DNA of 64,000 nt from a virus (taxonomy: Duplodnaviria > Caudoviricetes): positions 1-64,000 of IMG/VR virus record IMGVR_UViG_3300032030_000007. One strand, written 5' to 3'. Shown here in pieces: positions 30,317-40,132 of this stretch; the stretch's first letter is position 1, and every line of letters starts with the position of its first letter. The translations under genes were made by a program, and so were the position numbers. The notes beneath the pieces are model-generated. The model ran no database searches and had not been told where the DNA came from. It saw only the letters and a program-made list of their open reading frames with translations.

Positions 30317-31398
30317 TATTTATTAAAATTTTTAATCTTTTTAAGTAATTCCTTTTCTTCTGCTTTAATATATGTTGGCATCTTAGGCTTTATAATAAAT
30401 ATGTAATTGCCATATCCATAATTATTTTGTAATTTAATTCCTTCACCTTTCAATACAATCTGTGTACCATCTTTAGAATATTCAGGAATCTTAACAGTTA
30501 CTTCTTTTCCATTTGGTAATTTATGTTTTATTTCAGCTCCTAATATGCAGTCATAATATGAAACTTCAATCAATTCATAAACAGCTCTATCTGTTATCTT
30601 ATATTTTGTTTCATCAATATTATAAACAGGAACTGCTATTAGATTTCCATTTTGTGTTCTTGAATCTTTACCTTCATTACCGTATCCTTGATAAACTTTA
30701 TAATCACCATTTTCTACTCCAGGTCTAAATTCAATCTTACATTTCTTTTTGCCTCTTATAATACCAGTGCCGTTGCATTTAGAACATTTATTCTTTATTG
30801 TTTTTCCAGTGCCGCCACAATATGGACATGGTGATTGATGCTGTATAATTCCAAATCCTGATTGTTGTGTTCTAGTTATAACACCAGTGCCATGACAGTG
30901 TGGACATAATTCTACCCCTGTGCCACCAGATCCATGACATTCTGAGCATCTATAATCTGCATCATATTCAATTTCATGTGAATAACCAGTAAATATCTGT
31001 TCAATATTTAATGGGATGTTTACTTGAATTGATTTTGCTTGTTCTGGGTATTCTTGTCTGAATCCTCCACGGTTTCCAAAGAAACTTTCAAATCCACCAA
31101 AACCACCCATCATATGCTTAAATAAATCACCAATGTCAAAGCCAGTACCAGCCATCATATCTTCATCAACAGTACCATAAGCATCATAACGTTGACGTTT
31201 ATTTGGATCACTTAATATCGCATATGCTGCTCCTATTTCTTTGAACTTTTCTTCAGCTTCTTGTTTTTCTTTATCGGATTTTCCACCTTGTCTATCAGGA
31301 TGATATCTAATAGCTAATTTCTTGTAAGCCTTTTTAATTTCATCCTCAGAAGCAGTATTAGAAACTCCTAATATATCATATAAATTCTTACTATTCAT
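30316..31398 (-). CDS. dnaJ: Chaperone DnaJ
   Basis: J domain HPD, G/F region, four CxxCxGxG repeats. Confidence 0.95.
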   Translation of the reverse strand: MNSKNLYDILGVSNTASEDEIKKAYKKLAIRYHPDRQGGKSDKEKQEAEEKFKEIGAAYAILSDPNKRQRYDAYGTVDEDMMAGTGFDIGDLFKHMMGGFGGFESFFGNRGGFRQEYPEQAKSIQVNIPLNIEQIFTGYSHEIEYDADYRCSECHGSGGTGVELCPHCHGTGVITRTQQSGFGIIQHQSPCPYCGGTGKTIKNKCSKCNGTGIIRGKKKCKIEFRPGVENGDYKVYQGYGNEGKDSRTQNGNLIAVPVYNIDETKYKITDRAVYELIEVSYYDCILGAEIKHKLPNGKEVTVKIPEYSKDGTQIVLKGEGIKLQNNYGYGNYIFIIKPKMPTYIKAEEKELLKKIKNFNK

Positions 31399-31410
31399 AA
31401 TTAAAACCTA

Positions 31411-31812
31411 TTATGACAACTTATTAATTTCTTCTTCAACATTATTTGATGTAGCATTAATATTATCTGAAGTTTCATTTGCTATTTTAACCTCATTACT
31501 TATATTATTTAACAAGTATCTAAGTTTCTTAATAAAGTCATCTCCAGATAAATTAGTCTTATTAGTTTCTTCTTCTAATTCTAATTCATATTTCTCTAAT
31601 GCTCTTGTAAGAAAATTCATTGCATCTAAACAGTCTTGTTCTGTTCCTTTAGAATTCTGCCATCCTAAATTTACTTTATTTGAAAATGGCCATATTTCTT
31701 TTGAACGAATAATATCACCAAATGCTTTATAAATATAAGATATTGCGGCAGCAGCAAATTTATCTGAACGAATATCATTACGTTCAAGTATTATTAATTC
31801 TGTTGGTGTCAT
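31411..31812 (-). CDS. Hypothetical protein in chaperone cluster
   Basis: ORF; no GrpE motifs recognised. Confidence 0.65.
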   Translation of the reverse strand: MTPTELIILERNDIRSDKFAAAAISYIYKAFGDIIRSKEIWPFSNKVNLGWQNSKGTEQDCLDAMNFLTRALEKYELELEEETNKTNLSGDDFIKKLRYLLNNISNEVKIANETSDNINATSNNVEEEINKLS

Positions 31813-31834
31813 ATTTTATCAATATAATTTTTAT

Positions 31835-31868
31835 AAAAAATGGGATTGGATCTCGAGATCCAATCCCA
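31835..31868 (-). terminator. Perfect 28-bp palindrome terminator after Hsp20
   Basis: TGGGATTGGATCTCGAGATCCAATCCCA plus T6. Confidence 0.75.
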
Positions 31869-31877
31869 AGCAACTCT

Positions 31878-32312
31878 TTATTCAATTTTAATTGTCCTAG
31901 ATTCAATCTGTTTTTGTTCCACCTCTTTCTTAGGTAATGTAATTGTAAGAACTCCATTATCATGTTTAGCACTAATCTGTTCTTCAATTACATTTTCTGG
32001 AATATTCCAAGATTCATTATAAGATGACTTACTCCATTGTTGGACATGATATTTTTCATCTTCTGGTCCTTCTTGATATTCATTAGTCATACTTACACTG
32101 ATAATACCATTTTTAATTTCAATCTTGGTATCATCTTTTCCAAATCCAGGATTGGCAATTTCTATTTCATAAGCTTTATCAGTTTCCTTTACATTAACCT
32201 TTGGGGAATTGGTAAAGTTAAATGGAACAAAATCACCGAAGAAAGTTTTAATAGGATTAAAACTAAAATCAAATAAATCTTTTGCACCAAAAAAATCTAA
32301 AGCGTTTGTCAT
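31878..32312 (-). CDS. Small heat-shock protein, Hsp20 family
   Basis: PKVNVKET, ANPGFGKDD, AKHDNGVLTITLPK; SD GGAGGT before the ATG at 32312. Confidence 0.92.
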   Translation of the reverse strand: MTNALDFFGAKDLFDFSFNPIKTFFGDFVPFNFTNSPKVNVKETDKAYEIEIANPGFGKDDTKIEIKNGIISVSMTNEYQEGPEDEKYHVQQWSKSSYNESWNIPENVIEEQISAKHDNGVLTITLPKKEVEQKQIESRTIKIE

Positions 32313-32344
32313 AATAATTACCTCCAATTATTTATTGAATATAT

Positions 32345-32374
32345 TTATTTTGGAGATTCTCAAATGAGAGTCTC
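32345..32374 (-). terminator. Hairpin after dnaK
   Basis: GAGACTCTC-attt-GAGAATCTC. Confidence 0.5.
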
Positions 32375-32384
32375 GTTAAGAGTT

Positions 32385-34343
32385 TTATTTTGTTTCTGTG
32401 AACGGAGTTCCAGCTTGGAATGGATTTCCACCAAATGGATTATCTCCAGATGCTCCGTTGTTTCCACCAAACATATTATTGAACATATTTGGATCTACTT
32501 GAGGATTTCCATTTGCATCCTTAGGCATATTCTCTTGATAGATACGACTGATGATAGGATTATAAACTTTCTCAAGTTCGTCTTTCTTTGCAAACATCTC
32601 AGAATCATTTTTTTCATCAATAGCTTTTTTAGCAGCGTCAACTAAATCCTGAAGTTGTTTCTTTTCATCATCAGTAAACTTATCCTTAAGATTATCATCG
32701 CTTAATGAACGTTCAACAGAATAAATATATCCCTCAGCAGCATTCTTCTTATCAAACTCTGCCTTCTTAGCAGCATCCTCGGCTTTATGTTCTTCAGCTT
32801 CCTTCTTAATACGTTCAATTTCTTCTTTAGATAATGTATTGGAATCATTAATCGTAATATGTTGTTCCTTTTGAGTTCCAAGATCCTTAGCAGATACAGT
32901 CAATGTACCGTTAGCATCAATATCAAATGTTACTTCAATCTGTGGAACACCACGTGGAGCAGGAGCAATACCATCAAGATTAAACATACCAATTTGTTTA
33001 TTATCCTTACTCATTGGACGTTCACCCTGAAGAACTACAATTGATACCGCAGGTTGATTATCTACAGCAGTTGTAAATATTTGTGATTTCTTTGCAGGAA
33101 TTGTTGTGTTAGCTTCAATAAGCTTACCCATCATATTACCATTAACCTCAATACCCAATGTAATAGGAGTTACATCAAGAAGAACTGTATCTGATTCCTC
33201 AGGATTAACAATTGCCTTAGCCTGAATTGCAGCACCAAGTGCAACAGCTTCATCAAAGTTAGATGACTTATTCAACTTATCACCGAATGTATTCTTAAGA
33301 GCTTCTTGAACTTGTGGCATACGAGATGAACCACCTACAAGAAGAATATCAGTAATATCTGCTGATGTTTTCTTTGCCTTTTCAAGTGCACGTTTTGCAA
33401 TTTCAATTACTCTATCAGTGAACTTCTTTGTCATCTGTTCAAACTTTGCACGAGTAAGAGTTGTTACAAGCATTTGAGGAACACCATCCATAACAGTAAT
33501 ATATGGAAGATTAATCTCTGTTGATGTTGATGTTGATAACTCACACTTTGCTTTCTCTGCAGCTTCAACCAAACGAGCATATGCCATAGGATCTTTACGT
33601 AAATCTACATTAGCATGATCCTTCATAAACTCATCTGCAAGCCAATCTACAATTTCATTATCGTAATTTTGACCACCAAGGAATACATCACCATCAGATG
33701 CAAGTACTTCAACAATACCTTGAGATACTTCACAAATTGATACATCTTCAGTACCACAACCAAGGTCATTTACAAGTACAAGACGTTCCTTATCTTCTTT
33801 ATCCATACCTGCTGCAAGAATAGCTGCAGTTGGCTCATTGATAATACGATGCACTGTTAAACCAGCAAGTTCACCAGCAAGCTTTGTTGCTTTACGTTGA
33901 ACATCATTGAACCATGCAGGAACTGTGATAACACAATCCTTAACTTCTTCTCCATAATAATCTGAAGCAACCTTTGCAAGGTCTGTTAAAATATATGAAG
34001 AAATCTCTTCAGCAGAATAATCTTTTCCTTCAATTCTAACATAAGGTTTATTGTTCTTGTTGACTACTTCATAAGTAATCATTGTAAGCATCTTTTGAAC
34101 ATCAGAATCTTGCCATTCAGCACCCATAAATCTCTTAATGAAAGATACTGTATTCTTAGGATTCATAATCATACCACGTTTAGCGGAACCTCCAATTTTA
34201 CGTTCATCGCCTTTAATAAAAACTACAGATGGTGTGGTACGAGAACCTTCTGCGTTTGCAATAACTTTAGCTTGTCCGCCTTCAATAATAGCGACACAGC
34301 TGTTACCTGTTCCCAGGTCAATACCAAATACTTTGTTGCTCAT
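32385..34343 (-). CDS. dnaK: Chaperone DnaK (Hsp70)
   Basis: [53 protein letters not shown]. Confidence 0.97.
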   Translation of the reverse strand: MSNKVFGIDLGTGNSCVAIIEGGQAKVIANAEGSRTTPSVVFIKGDERKIGGSAKRGMIMNPKNTVSFIKRFMGAEWQDSDVQKMLTMITYEVVNKNNKPYVRIEGKDYSAEEISSYILTDLAKVASDYYGEEVKDCVITVPAWFNDVQRKATKLAGELAGLTVHRIINEPTAAILAAGMDKEDKERLVLVNDLGCGTEDVSICEVSQGIVEVLASDGDVFLGGQNYDNEIVDWLADEFMKDHANVDLRKDPMAYARLVEAAEKAKCELSTSTSTEINLPYITVMDGVPQMLVTTLTRAKFEQMTKKFTDRVIEIAKRALEKAKKTSADITDILLVGGSSRMPQVQEALKNTFGDKLNKSSNFDEAVALGAAIQAKAIVNPEESDTVLLDVTPITLGIEVNGNMMGKLIEANTTIPAKKSQIFTTAVDNQPAVSIVVLQGERPMSKDNKQIGMFNLDGIAPAPRGVPQIEVTFDIDANGTLTVSAKDLGTQKEQHITINDSNTLSKEEIERIKKEAEEHKAEDAAKKAEFDKKNAAEGYIYSVERSLSDDNLKDKFTDDEKKQLQDLVDAAKKAIDEKNDSEMFAKKDELEKVYNPIISRIYQENMPKDANGNPQVDPNMFNNMFGGNNGASGDNPFGGNPFQAGTPFTETK

Positions 34344-34435
34344 AATTTATATGTTTTAATATTTTTGTAGCTCAAGATAGATTAAACTACCTTGTAATTT
34401 ATAATAAATATAAAATAGTTAATATTATAAAAAAA

Positions 34436-34810
34436 TTATAAAAATTTATTAAGAAAATGCTTTTGATCCCATTCAAACATCAAATTTAAATTATAATACC
34501 ACCACGTATTACATTGTTTTAATATCTTTTTACAAGTATCATAATCATAATTTGTATTATTTGATATATCATGCATATGATTTAAACAATCTGCAGTAAA
34601 CAATCTATTATTATAATCTGTAATATGACCATTTCTAAAATAATAATCAAATACTACATTTTCATTAACATCATCTACTAACAAATATGCAAATTCTTTA
34701 ATTTCTTTAATATCATTAATATTAAATCCATTTAATGATAAAAGAAAACATAATAAATATTTCTTATCATTTACTTTAACTAAGTGCGTAAAATATTTCA
34801 TAGTTCCCAT
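34436..34810 (-). CDS. Hypothetical protein
   Basis: ORF. Confidence 0.6.
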   Translation of the reverse strand: MGTMKYFTHLVKVNDKKYLLCFLLSLNGFNINDIKEIKEFAYLLVDDVNENVVFDYYFRNGHITDYNNRLFTADCLNHMHDISNNTNYDYDTCKKILKQCNTWWYYNLNLMFEWDQKHFLNKFL

Positions 34811-35172
34811 ATCTTTTCTGGAGTTGGTCTACCATCTAACCAATCTTCAGTATATTTTTCATATTCTTCTTCAGACATATCTCCTTTTATAAATATCTTA
34901 TAAAGATTATGAAATGTATTTTCAAATGTCTCTAATGAACTTTTATCATAGTCTTCATATGGATCACCTTTGAATATTGGTTCATTTTCAGCTAATTCTT
35001 TACTACATATAATAGCCTGTACAGATTCATCATTTGATATTCTCCAATATCCTCTTGCTTGTTGTTCATTAAGAGTTATATACATTGGATAATATAACTC
35101 ATATTCATCATTTGGCATACATACATAAAATACTTTCATAAAATCAATTTCATTAATATATTTATAATTCAT
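34798..35172 (-). CDS. Hypothetical protein
   Basis: ORF; likely start MNYKYI. Confidence 0.6.
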   Translation of the reverse strand: MNYKYINEIDFMKVFYVCMPNDEYELYYPMYITLNEQQARGYWRISNDESVQAIICSKELAENEPIFKGDPYEDYDKSSLETFENTFHNLYKIFIKGDMSEEEYEKYTEDWLDGRPTPEKIWEL

Positions 35173-35968
35173 ATTTTTTATGGAAATCATTATACAGATG
35201 CATGAATTCTGATGTAAAGAAACGTGTAACATCATGAACTAATTGATCATCTATTTCCATTCCTTCAGTAGCACATGCTAATGCTCCAGCTAATCCACCT
35301 TCTGTATCAGTATCACCACCTAATGATATTGCTTTACGAATACAGTCTTCATAAGAATTTGAATCTCTCCAACATATCAATACAGCAGGAACTGAATTCT
35401 GACATGTACATTCAAATTTATGTACTCTTTTTAATTCATCATAAGATTTTGAAAGATCATATCTAAATTGTCTGCTAATATATTTCAATATATCTTTTTT
35501 AGTATTGCCTTCCTTAGCAAAGAATATTGCAGCTGCTATAGCTTGTGCACCTTTAATTCCTTCAGGATGATTATGAGTTACTTCAGCAGATATCTTAGCT
35601 AACTCCATGCATTCATCAATATTATTTGCAACATAAGCAACTGGTGGAACTCTCATAGCAGATCCATTACCAAATGAATTATATGGATCTCTACGTTTTT
35701 CATTAATCCATTTCTTAAATGTTGTCTCAAGATCATAATGCCATAATCCATAATTGTATTTATTACCCCAATAATGGAACTTATCAATTAACGCATCCTT
35801 TGACCTATCAGTATTCATAAGCCAATCAGCAACAGCAATCATACAAATAGAATCATCAGAAGGATGAGTTCTATCATACATAAATTCAAAATTATAATCC
35901 TTAGTTGGTTTTTGTGCATAATACTGTCCAATACTATCACCAACAATTTGTCCAATTATACCTTTCAT
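35162..35968 (-). CDS. ADP-ribosylglycohydrolase (DraG/ARH family)
   Basis: GDSIG, SDDS, GNGSAMRV, THNHPEG, GGDTDT. Confidence 0.92.
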   Translation of the reverse strand: MKGIIGQIVGDSIGQYYAQKPTKDYNFEFMYDRTHPSDDSICMIAVADWLMNTDRSKDALIDKFHYWGNKYNYGLWHYDLETTFKKWINEKRRDPYNSFGNGSAMRVPPVAYVANNIDECMELAKISAEVTHNHPEGIKGAQAIAAAIFFAKEGNTKKDILKYISRQFRYDLSKSYDELKRVHKFECTCQNSVPAVLICWRDSNSYEDCIRKAISLGGDTDTEGGLAGALACATEGMEIDDQLVHDVTRFFTSEFMHLYNDFHKKYEL

Positions 35969-36012
35969 AACTTAATTAATTTAATTATTTTATATGTTAA
36001 ATATTTTATTAT

Positions 36013-36807
36013 TTAAAGTTCATATTTATTGTGAAATTCATTTAATATATATATAAATTCATCAGGTATATATCCATCTTCACATAATTTATATAAAAAT
36101 TCATCATTAATACTAGTTTCTTCTTTAGCATTACATATTGATCCAGCTATACATGCTTCAGTATCGGCGTCTCCACCTAGACTTACAGCCTTACGAATAC
36201 AATCTTCATATGATGTACTTTCATACCAACAAGTTAAACATACAGGTATGGATACTTGACAAGTACAATTAAATTTATGCGTATTTTTTAAATCCTTATA
36301 TGATTGTAATTTATAATCTGTATTATTTAATATATAATTAATGATTTCATCTTTTGTTTTACCATTACGATATAACCATATTGCAATAGCAACTGTAATT
36401 GCACCTTTAATACCTTCAGGATGATTATGAGTAACTTCTGCTGATGTTTTTGCTAAGTTAATACATTCTTCCAATGAATTTGCAACCCAGCCTACTGGAG
36501 ATACTCTCATAGCAGAACCATTACCATAAGAATTATATGGTTCACGTGTATCTGAATTAACCCAATTTTTAAATTTTGGTGCATACCCATAATTATATTT
36601 ATTACACCAATATTTAAGTTTATTGATTAATTCATCTTTTGAACGATCTGTATTCATTAGCCAATCAGCTACTGCTATTGTACATGTACTATCATCAGTT
36701 ACATGTGATTCATTCGTTATTAATTCAAAATTATAATTATGTGTTGAATGAAATTCATAATTTTGCCCAATAAGATCTCCAACAACTGCACCTATAATAC
36801 CTATCAT
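36013..36807 (-). CDS. ADP-ribosylglycohydrolase (tandem paralogue)
   Basis: GDLIG, TDDS, GNGSAMRVSP, THNHPEG, GGDADT. Confidence 0.92.
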   Translation of the reverse strand: MIGIIGAVVGDLIGQNYEFHSTHNYNFELITNESHVTDDSTCTIAVADWLMNTDRSKDELINKLKYWCNKYNYGYAPKFKNWVNSDTREPYNSYGNGSAMRVSPVGWVANSLEECINLAKTSAEVTHNHPEGIKGAITVAIAIWLYRNGKTKDEIINYILNNTDYKLQSYKDLKNTHKFNCTCQVSIPVCLTCWYESTSYEDCIRKAVSLGGDADTEACIAGSICNAKEETSINDEFLYKLCEDGYIPDEFIYILNEFHNKYEL

Positions 36808-36836
36808 ATAATGTTTAATTTTAATTTTTTATTATT

Positions 36837-37151
36837 TTAATAATCTAAATTTAACATCTCCCATTTATCTTTTTCAGTTACACTATATTGTTTTGATTCT
36901 ATTAATGCATCTATATACATTTCAAATGCTTCTTTAAAATTGCTTATTGAACCATTAGGAAATACTTCATAAATACCATCATAAAATTCTTCTCTCCAAG
37001 CAGTCATTGGACGATACCAAATATCAACCCAAACATCAGTTTCAAATTCAGTGTCACAAGTAACATGAAACTTATCAGGTTCAGAATATCCTGTGCCACA
37101 ACTACAATTTGGTCTTAGATGCTTAATAAATTTAATAGATGTTATTTTCAT
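36837..37151 (-). CDS. Hypothetical protein
   Basis: ORF. Confidence 0.6.
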   Translation of the reverse strand: MKITSIKFIKHLRPNCSCGTGYSEPDKFHVTCDTEFETDVWVDIWYRPMTAWREEFYDGIYEVFPNGSISNFKEAFEMYIDALIESKQYSVTEKDKWEMLNLDY

Positions 37152-37720
37152 ATATTTTTATATTTAATTTGAATATATATATCGTAATCAATTTCTTTGT
37201 AATCTTCGGGACGATCTTTCATATTTTGCAATATATCTTGTAAATTTCTTGAACTATAATAAAAATCAGGTCTACTTAAATTACCACCAATGAATTTTTT
37301 TGTATAATCATTATATGGCATAATTAAAAACATTGGGAATTTTAAAACATCAGGCTGAGATATTGTCATCAATCGTTTTTCATAGAATTCTGGTTCATTA
37401 GTCCAACCTGCAGCAAAATCACAATGCCAATAACCCTGTCCTTCTAATCCACGACCATTTGCAACAAGAACTTTATCATATTCTTTAATTTGATTAAATC
37501 CAACTTCTTTATAGATTAATTCATATTGATCTTCATCATAAGTTTTAAACATTGTACCATCATCAAAATAATATTCAGTCCAATAATAATATTCATCATA
37601 TCGCCCGCTATCATCAATATCTGACATACGAACTGCTTTATTAATACGACCAAATACTTGATGATCCTTTTTAAGTCTTACAATATCACCAATCTGAAAT
37701 CTATCATTTCTATAATCCAT
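37148..37720 (-). CDS. Hypothetical protein
   Basis: ORF. Confidence 0.65.
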   Translation of the reverse strand: MDYRNDRFQIGDIVRLKKDHQVFGRINKAVRMSDIDDSGRYDEYYYWTEYYFDDGTMFKTYDEDQYELIYKEVGFNQIKEYDKVLVANGRGLEGQGYWHCDFAAGWTNEPEFYEKRLMTISQPDVLKFPMFLIMPYNDYTKKFIGGNLSRPDFYYSSRNLQDILQNMKDRPEDYKEIDYDIYIQIKYKNI

Positions 37721-37722
37721 AA

Positions 37723-38031
37723 CTATTCAAATTTAATTATTTCTTTATCTAATATTAAATTCATAAAATCTTTTCTATAACACCAATATCTAATATCTTT
37801 CCAAAAACACCATTCTTCAAAACCTTCTTCAACTCTCCAATTTTCTGGTTTATTTATATCATCAGGATATATATGTTGTTCTAAATAACCAATTCCAAAC
37901 CACCATTTATTATGTTTATAATTTAGAAAACATATTGGCTCATATTCCTTAGGTGGATTATCATTGTCTCTTTTAATCCAAGTTAGCTTATATGTATTTT
38001 TTATCTGTTTCATTGAATATTGGCTTGACAT
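37723..38031 (-). CDS. Hypothetical protein
   Basis: ORF. Confidence 0.6.
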   Translation of the reverse strand: MSSQYSMKQIKNTYKLTWIKRDNDNPPKEYEPICFLNYKHNKWWFGIGYLEQHIYPDDINKPENWRVEEGFEEWCFWKDIRYWCYRKDFMNLILDKEIIKFE

Positions 38032-38524
38032 TCTTTATATTGACCCATTGACAGAATTTTCCAAATGTATCATGTATTGCAACTTTTGGAAGATATTCAT
38101 TAATGATTAGACAAAAACATATCTTACCTTTATGTTTTACCATCTTAAACTCATTTCCATTAGCATCAGCAAAAGAAAACGAATTATCATCAGGCATTTT
38201 CTTTAATATGTTTTTTGATTGATTAATGTAATGAGATGGCAACATTGATAACATAGCTGTATGTTCATCAATAGATTTATTGTCTAATTTACGAGCTAAA
38301 TATCTTTTGCCTTTATGCTCCCATTCTTCATCTGTTTCTGCAAACTGTTTATTTACAATCATACAAGCATTCTGATAAGTGACAATAGTCATGTCAGAAT
38401 CATCATATTCATAAACACGTCTATCATCACCATCTTTCCAAGGAGACATTTGTAATAGATATTTATCCATTACTTTATATATGTTTCCAGTGTTATTAGA
38501 TTGCAAATATGTACTATTATCCAT
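37988..38524 (-). CDS. Hypothetical protein
   Basis: ORF. Confidence 0.65.
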   Translation of the reverse strand: MDNSTYLQSNNTGNIYKVMDKYLLQMSPWKDGDDRRVYEYDDSDMTIVTYQNACMIVNKQFAETDEEWEHKGKRYLARKLDNKSIDEHTAMLSMLPSHYINQSKNILKKMPDDNSFSFADANGNEFKMVKHKGKICFCLIINEYLPKVAIHDTFGKFCQWVNIKNVKPIFNETDKKYI

Positions 38525-39138
38525 TATTTCATATATAAATTATTTTCTTTTATAATGTTATATACTCCCCTATTAAAATATAGTTCAACGTTTTTGTTTT
38601 GTTTAATAAAATTTCTAATATCTGTAGAATGCATTTCAAATCCTGGCATAAGATTAACATAAGCCTTGCATTTGCAAATTTGACTAAAATATTTTTCAAA
38701 TTCTGGTTTGATTGTTCCAACAATTATCATTCTATCAATATACTTTGATAAAATTTCTGTTGAATTATACCAAGATCCATATAATATCTCATGATAAGTT
38801 TCTTCAGTCAAAATCCAAAGAAAATCTTTTCCTATAGATTTATCATTATCATTAGAAAGATATTCTAACATATCATATGTATATGTCCAATCATGCTTAA
38901 ATTCAATATCATTTACGATTACATTAGTATCTTCTGTTGATAATGGTTCAAACATTAATTTTGACATATAATACCTATAAAGAATCGGAGTTGAATCTTT
39001 CTTATTTGGATTTTGCTTAGTTGGAATTATATGAATGCTATTAATTGATTTTGATATATCTGAATTAATAACACTCATAATAACATTAGCATGACCAATA
39101 TGTGGTGGATCAAATGAACCTAAAAATATTGCATTCAT
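38524..39138 (-). CDS. nadD: Nicotinate-nucleotide adenylyltransferase
   Basis: GSFDPPHIGH (HxGH), YTYD, HSTDIR, V..II.ENNLY. Confidence 0.85.
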   Translation of the reverse strand: MNAIFLGSFDPPHIGHANVIMSVINSDISKSINSIHIIPTKQNPNKKDSTPILYRYYMSKLMFEPLSTEDTNVIVNDIEFKHDWTYTYDMLEYLSNDNDKSIGKDFLWILTEETYHEILYGSWYNSTEILSKYIDRMIIVGTIKPEFEKYFSQICKCKAYVNLMPGFEMHSTDIRNFIKQNKNVELYFNRGVYNIIKENNLYMK

Positions 39139-39141
39139 AAC

Positions 39142-39771
39142 TTAAAGATTTTCATATAGTAATGTTATGTGATTCTTTTTAATTTCTGGAGTTTCAATAC
39201 CCATGTCTTTACAATGATTATTGAATTCATAAGTATTAAATGGGTGAGTTATAATATGATAACCTGATTTTGTTGGCAATGTTGTAACAATTGCATAATC
39301 ATATTTTGTTGAGCATCTTCCAATAGCTTCAAGAACATAATGAAGATATTGATTGTCATTTTCACAATCATCAATATCAATTACCCATCGTTTTTCTTTA
39401 CCTGATAATGAACCATTTACAGAATCGCAAAATCGCCAAGGTTTCTTTGATTCTCCCAAAGCAACCATTTCTGCATATTTAACCAATGTCTTTTTAGAAA
39501 GTTCAATCTTTGATTTAGCATTAACACTGATATATGCACGAAGCTTAAACATATCACAGCATTGTTTGATTTCTTCAATATATCTATCAAACAATTCTAA
39601 TGAATCAATATAATAGCATTTAAATGTATAATTAGCAGCAGGCATATCTGGATTATCTTTACCACGACGAATCAACTGAACATCAAAATAAAGATCCTTT
39701 CTATATTGCTGTTTTTCAGGAATTCCGAGATCTTTCATATAATCTCGCATAACCTTAATATTGTCTGTCAT
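39142..39771 (-). CDS. Conserved phage protein with AEP/Prim-Pol-like motifs
   Basis: WVIDID and PTKSGYHII. Confidence 0.5.
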   Translation of the reverse strand: MTDNIKVMRDYMKDLGIPEKQQYRKDLYFDVQLIRRGKDNPDMPAANYTFKCYYIDSLELFDRYIEEIKQCCDMFKLRAYISVNAKSKIELSKKTLVKYAEMVALGESKKPWRFCDSVNGSLSGKEKRWVIDIDDCENDNQYLHYVLEAIGRCSTKYDYAIVTTLPTKSGYHIITHPFNTYEFNNHCKDMGIETPEIKKNHITLLYENL

Positions 39772-39773
39772 AT

Positions 39774-40022
39774 TTAATCAATATTAATCAAACGATAAAT
39801 ACCGTCATTTTTAATTTCCCAATGAAAATTAATATCAAACTTAACTTTGTTACCCATGTTAATTGTCATAATAGAAACATTATCAGTATGCTTTACAATA
39901 AAAGGGAAAGGCAATCGTTCTGAAATATAATCAAATAACGCATGCTGATTTTTAACACAATGATAACGATAAGTGTTCATTAAAAAGTTATCAATTAAAT
40001 TTTTCTTAATTTCATTATACAT
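39774..40022 (-). CDS. Hypothetical protein
   Basis: ORF after the promoter at 40057-40085. Confidence 0.6.
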   Translation of the reverse strand: MYNEIKKNLIDNFLMNTYRYHCVKNQHALFDYISERLPFPFIVKHTDNVSIMTINMGNKVKFDINFHWEIKNDGIYRLINID

Positions 40023-40083
40023 AACTAAAATATATTTAAAATATTAAAACTATTTAAATATAGTTCAAATAATATTAAAATTC

Positions 40084-40112
40084 AAAAATGGCAGATCTTA
40101 AGATCTGCCATT
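40084..40112 (-). terminator. Intrinsic terminator after the Cys-rich gene
   Basis: AATGGCAGATCTTAAGATCTGCCATT palindrome plus T-run. Confidence 0.75.
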
Positions 40113-40132
40113 CTTAAATATATAATTGATTT

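Noticed and set aside
31841-31868. CIRCE/HrcA operator in the chaperone cluster
   Set aside because: The palindrome does not match TTAGCACTC-N9-GAGTGCTAA and is followed by a U-tract; it is a terminator
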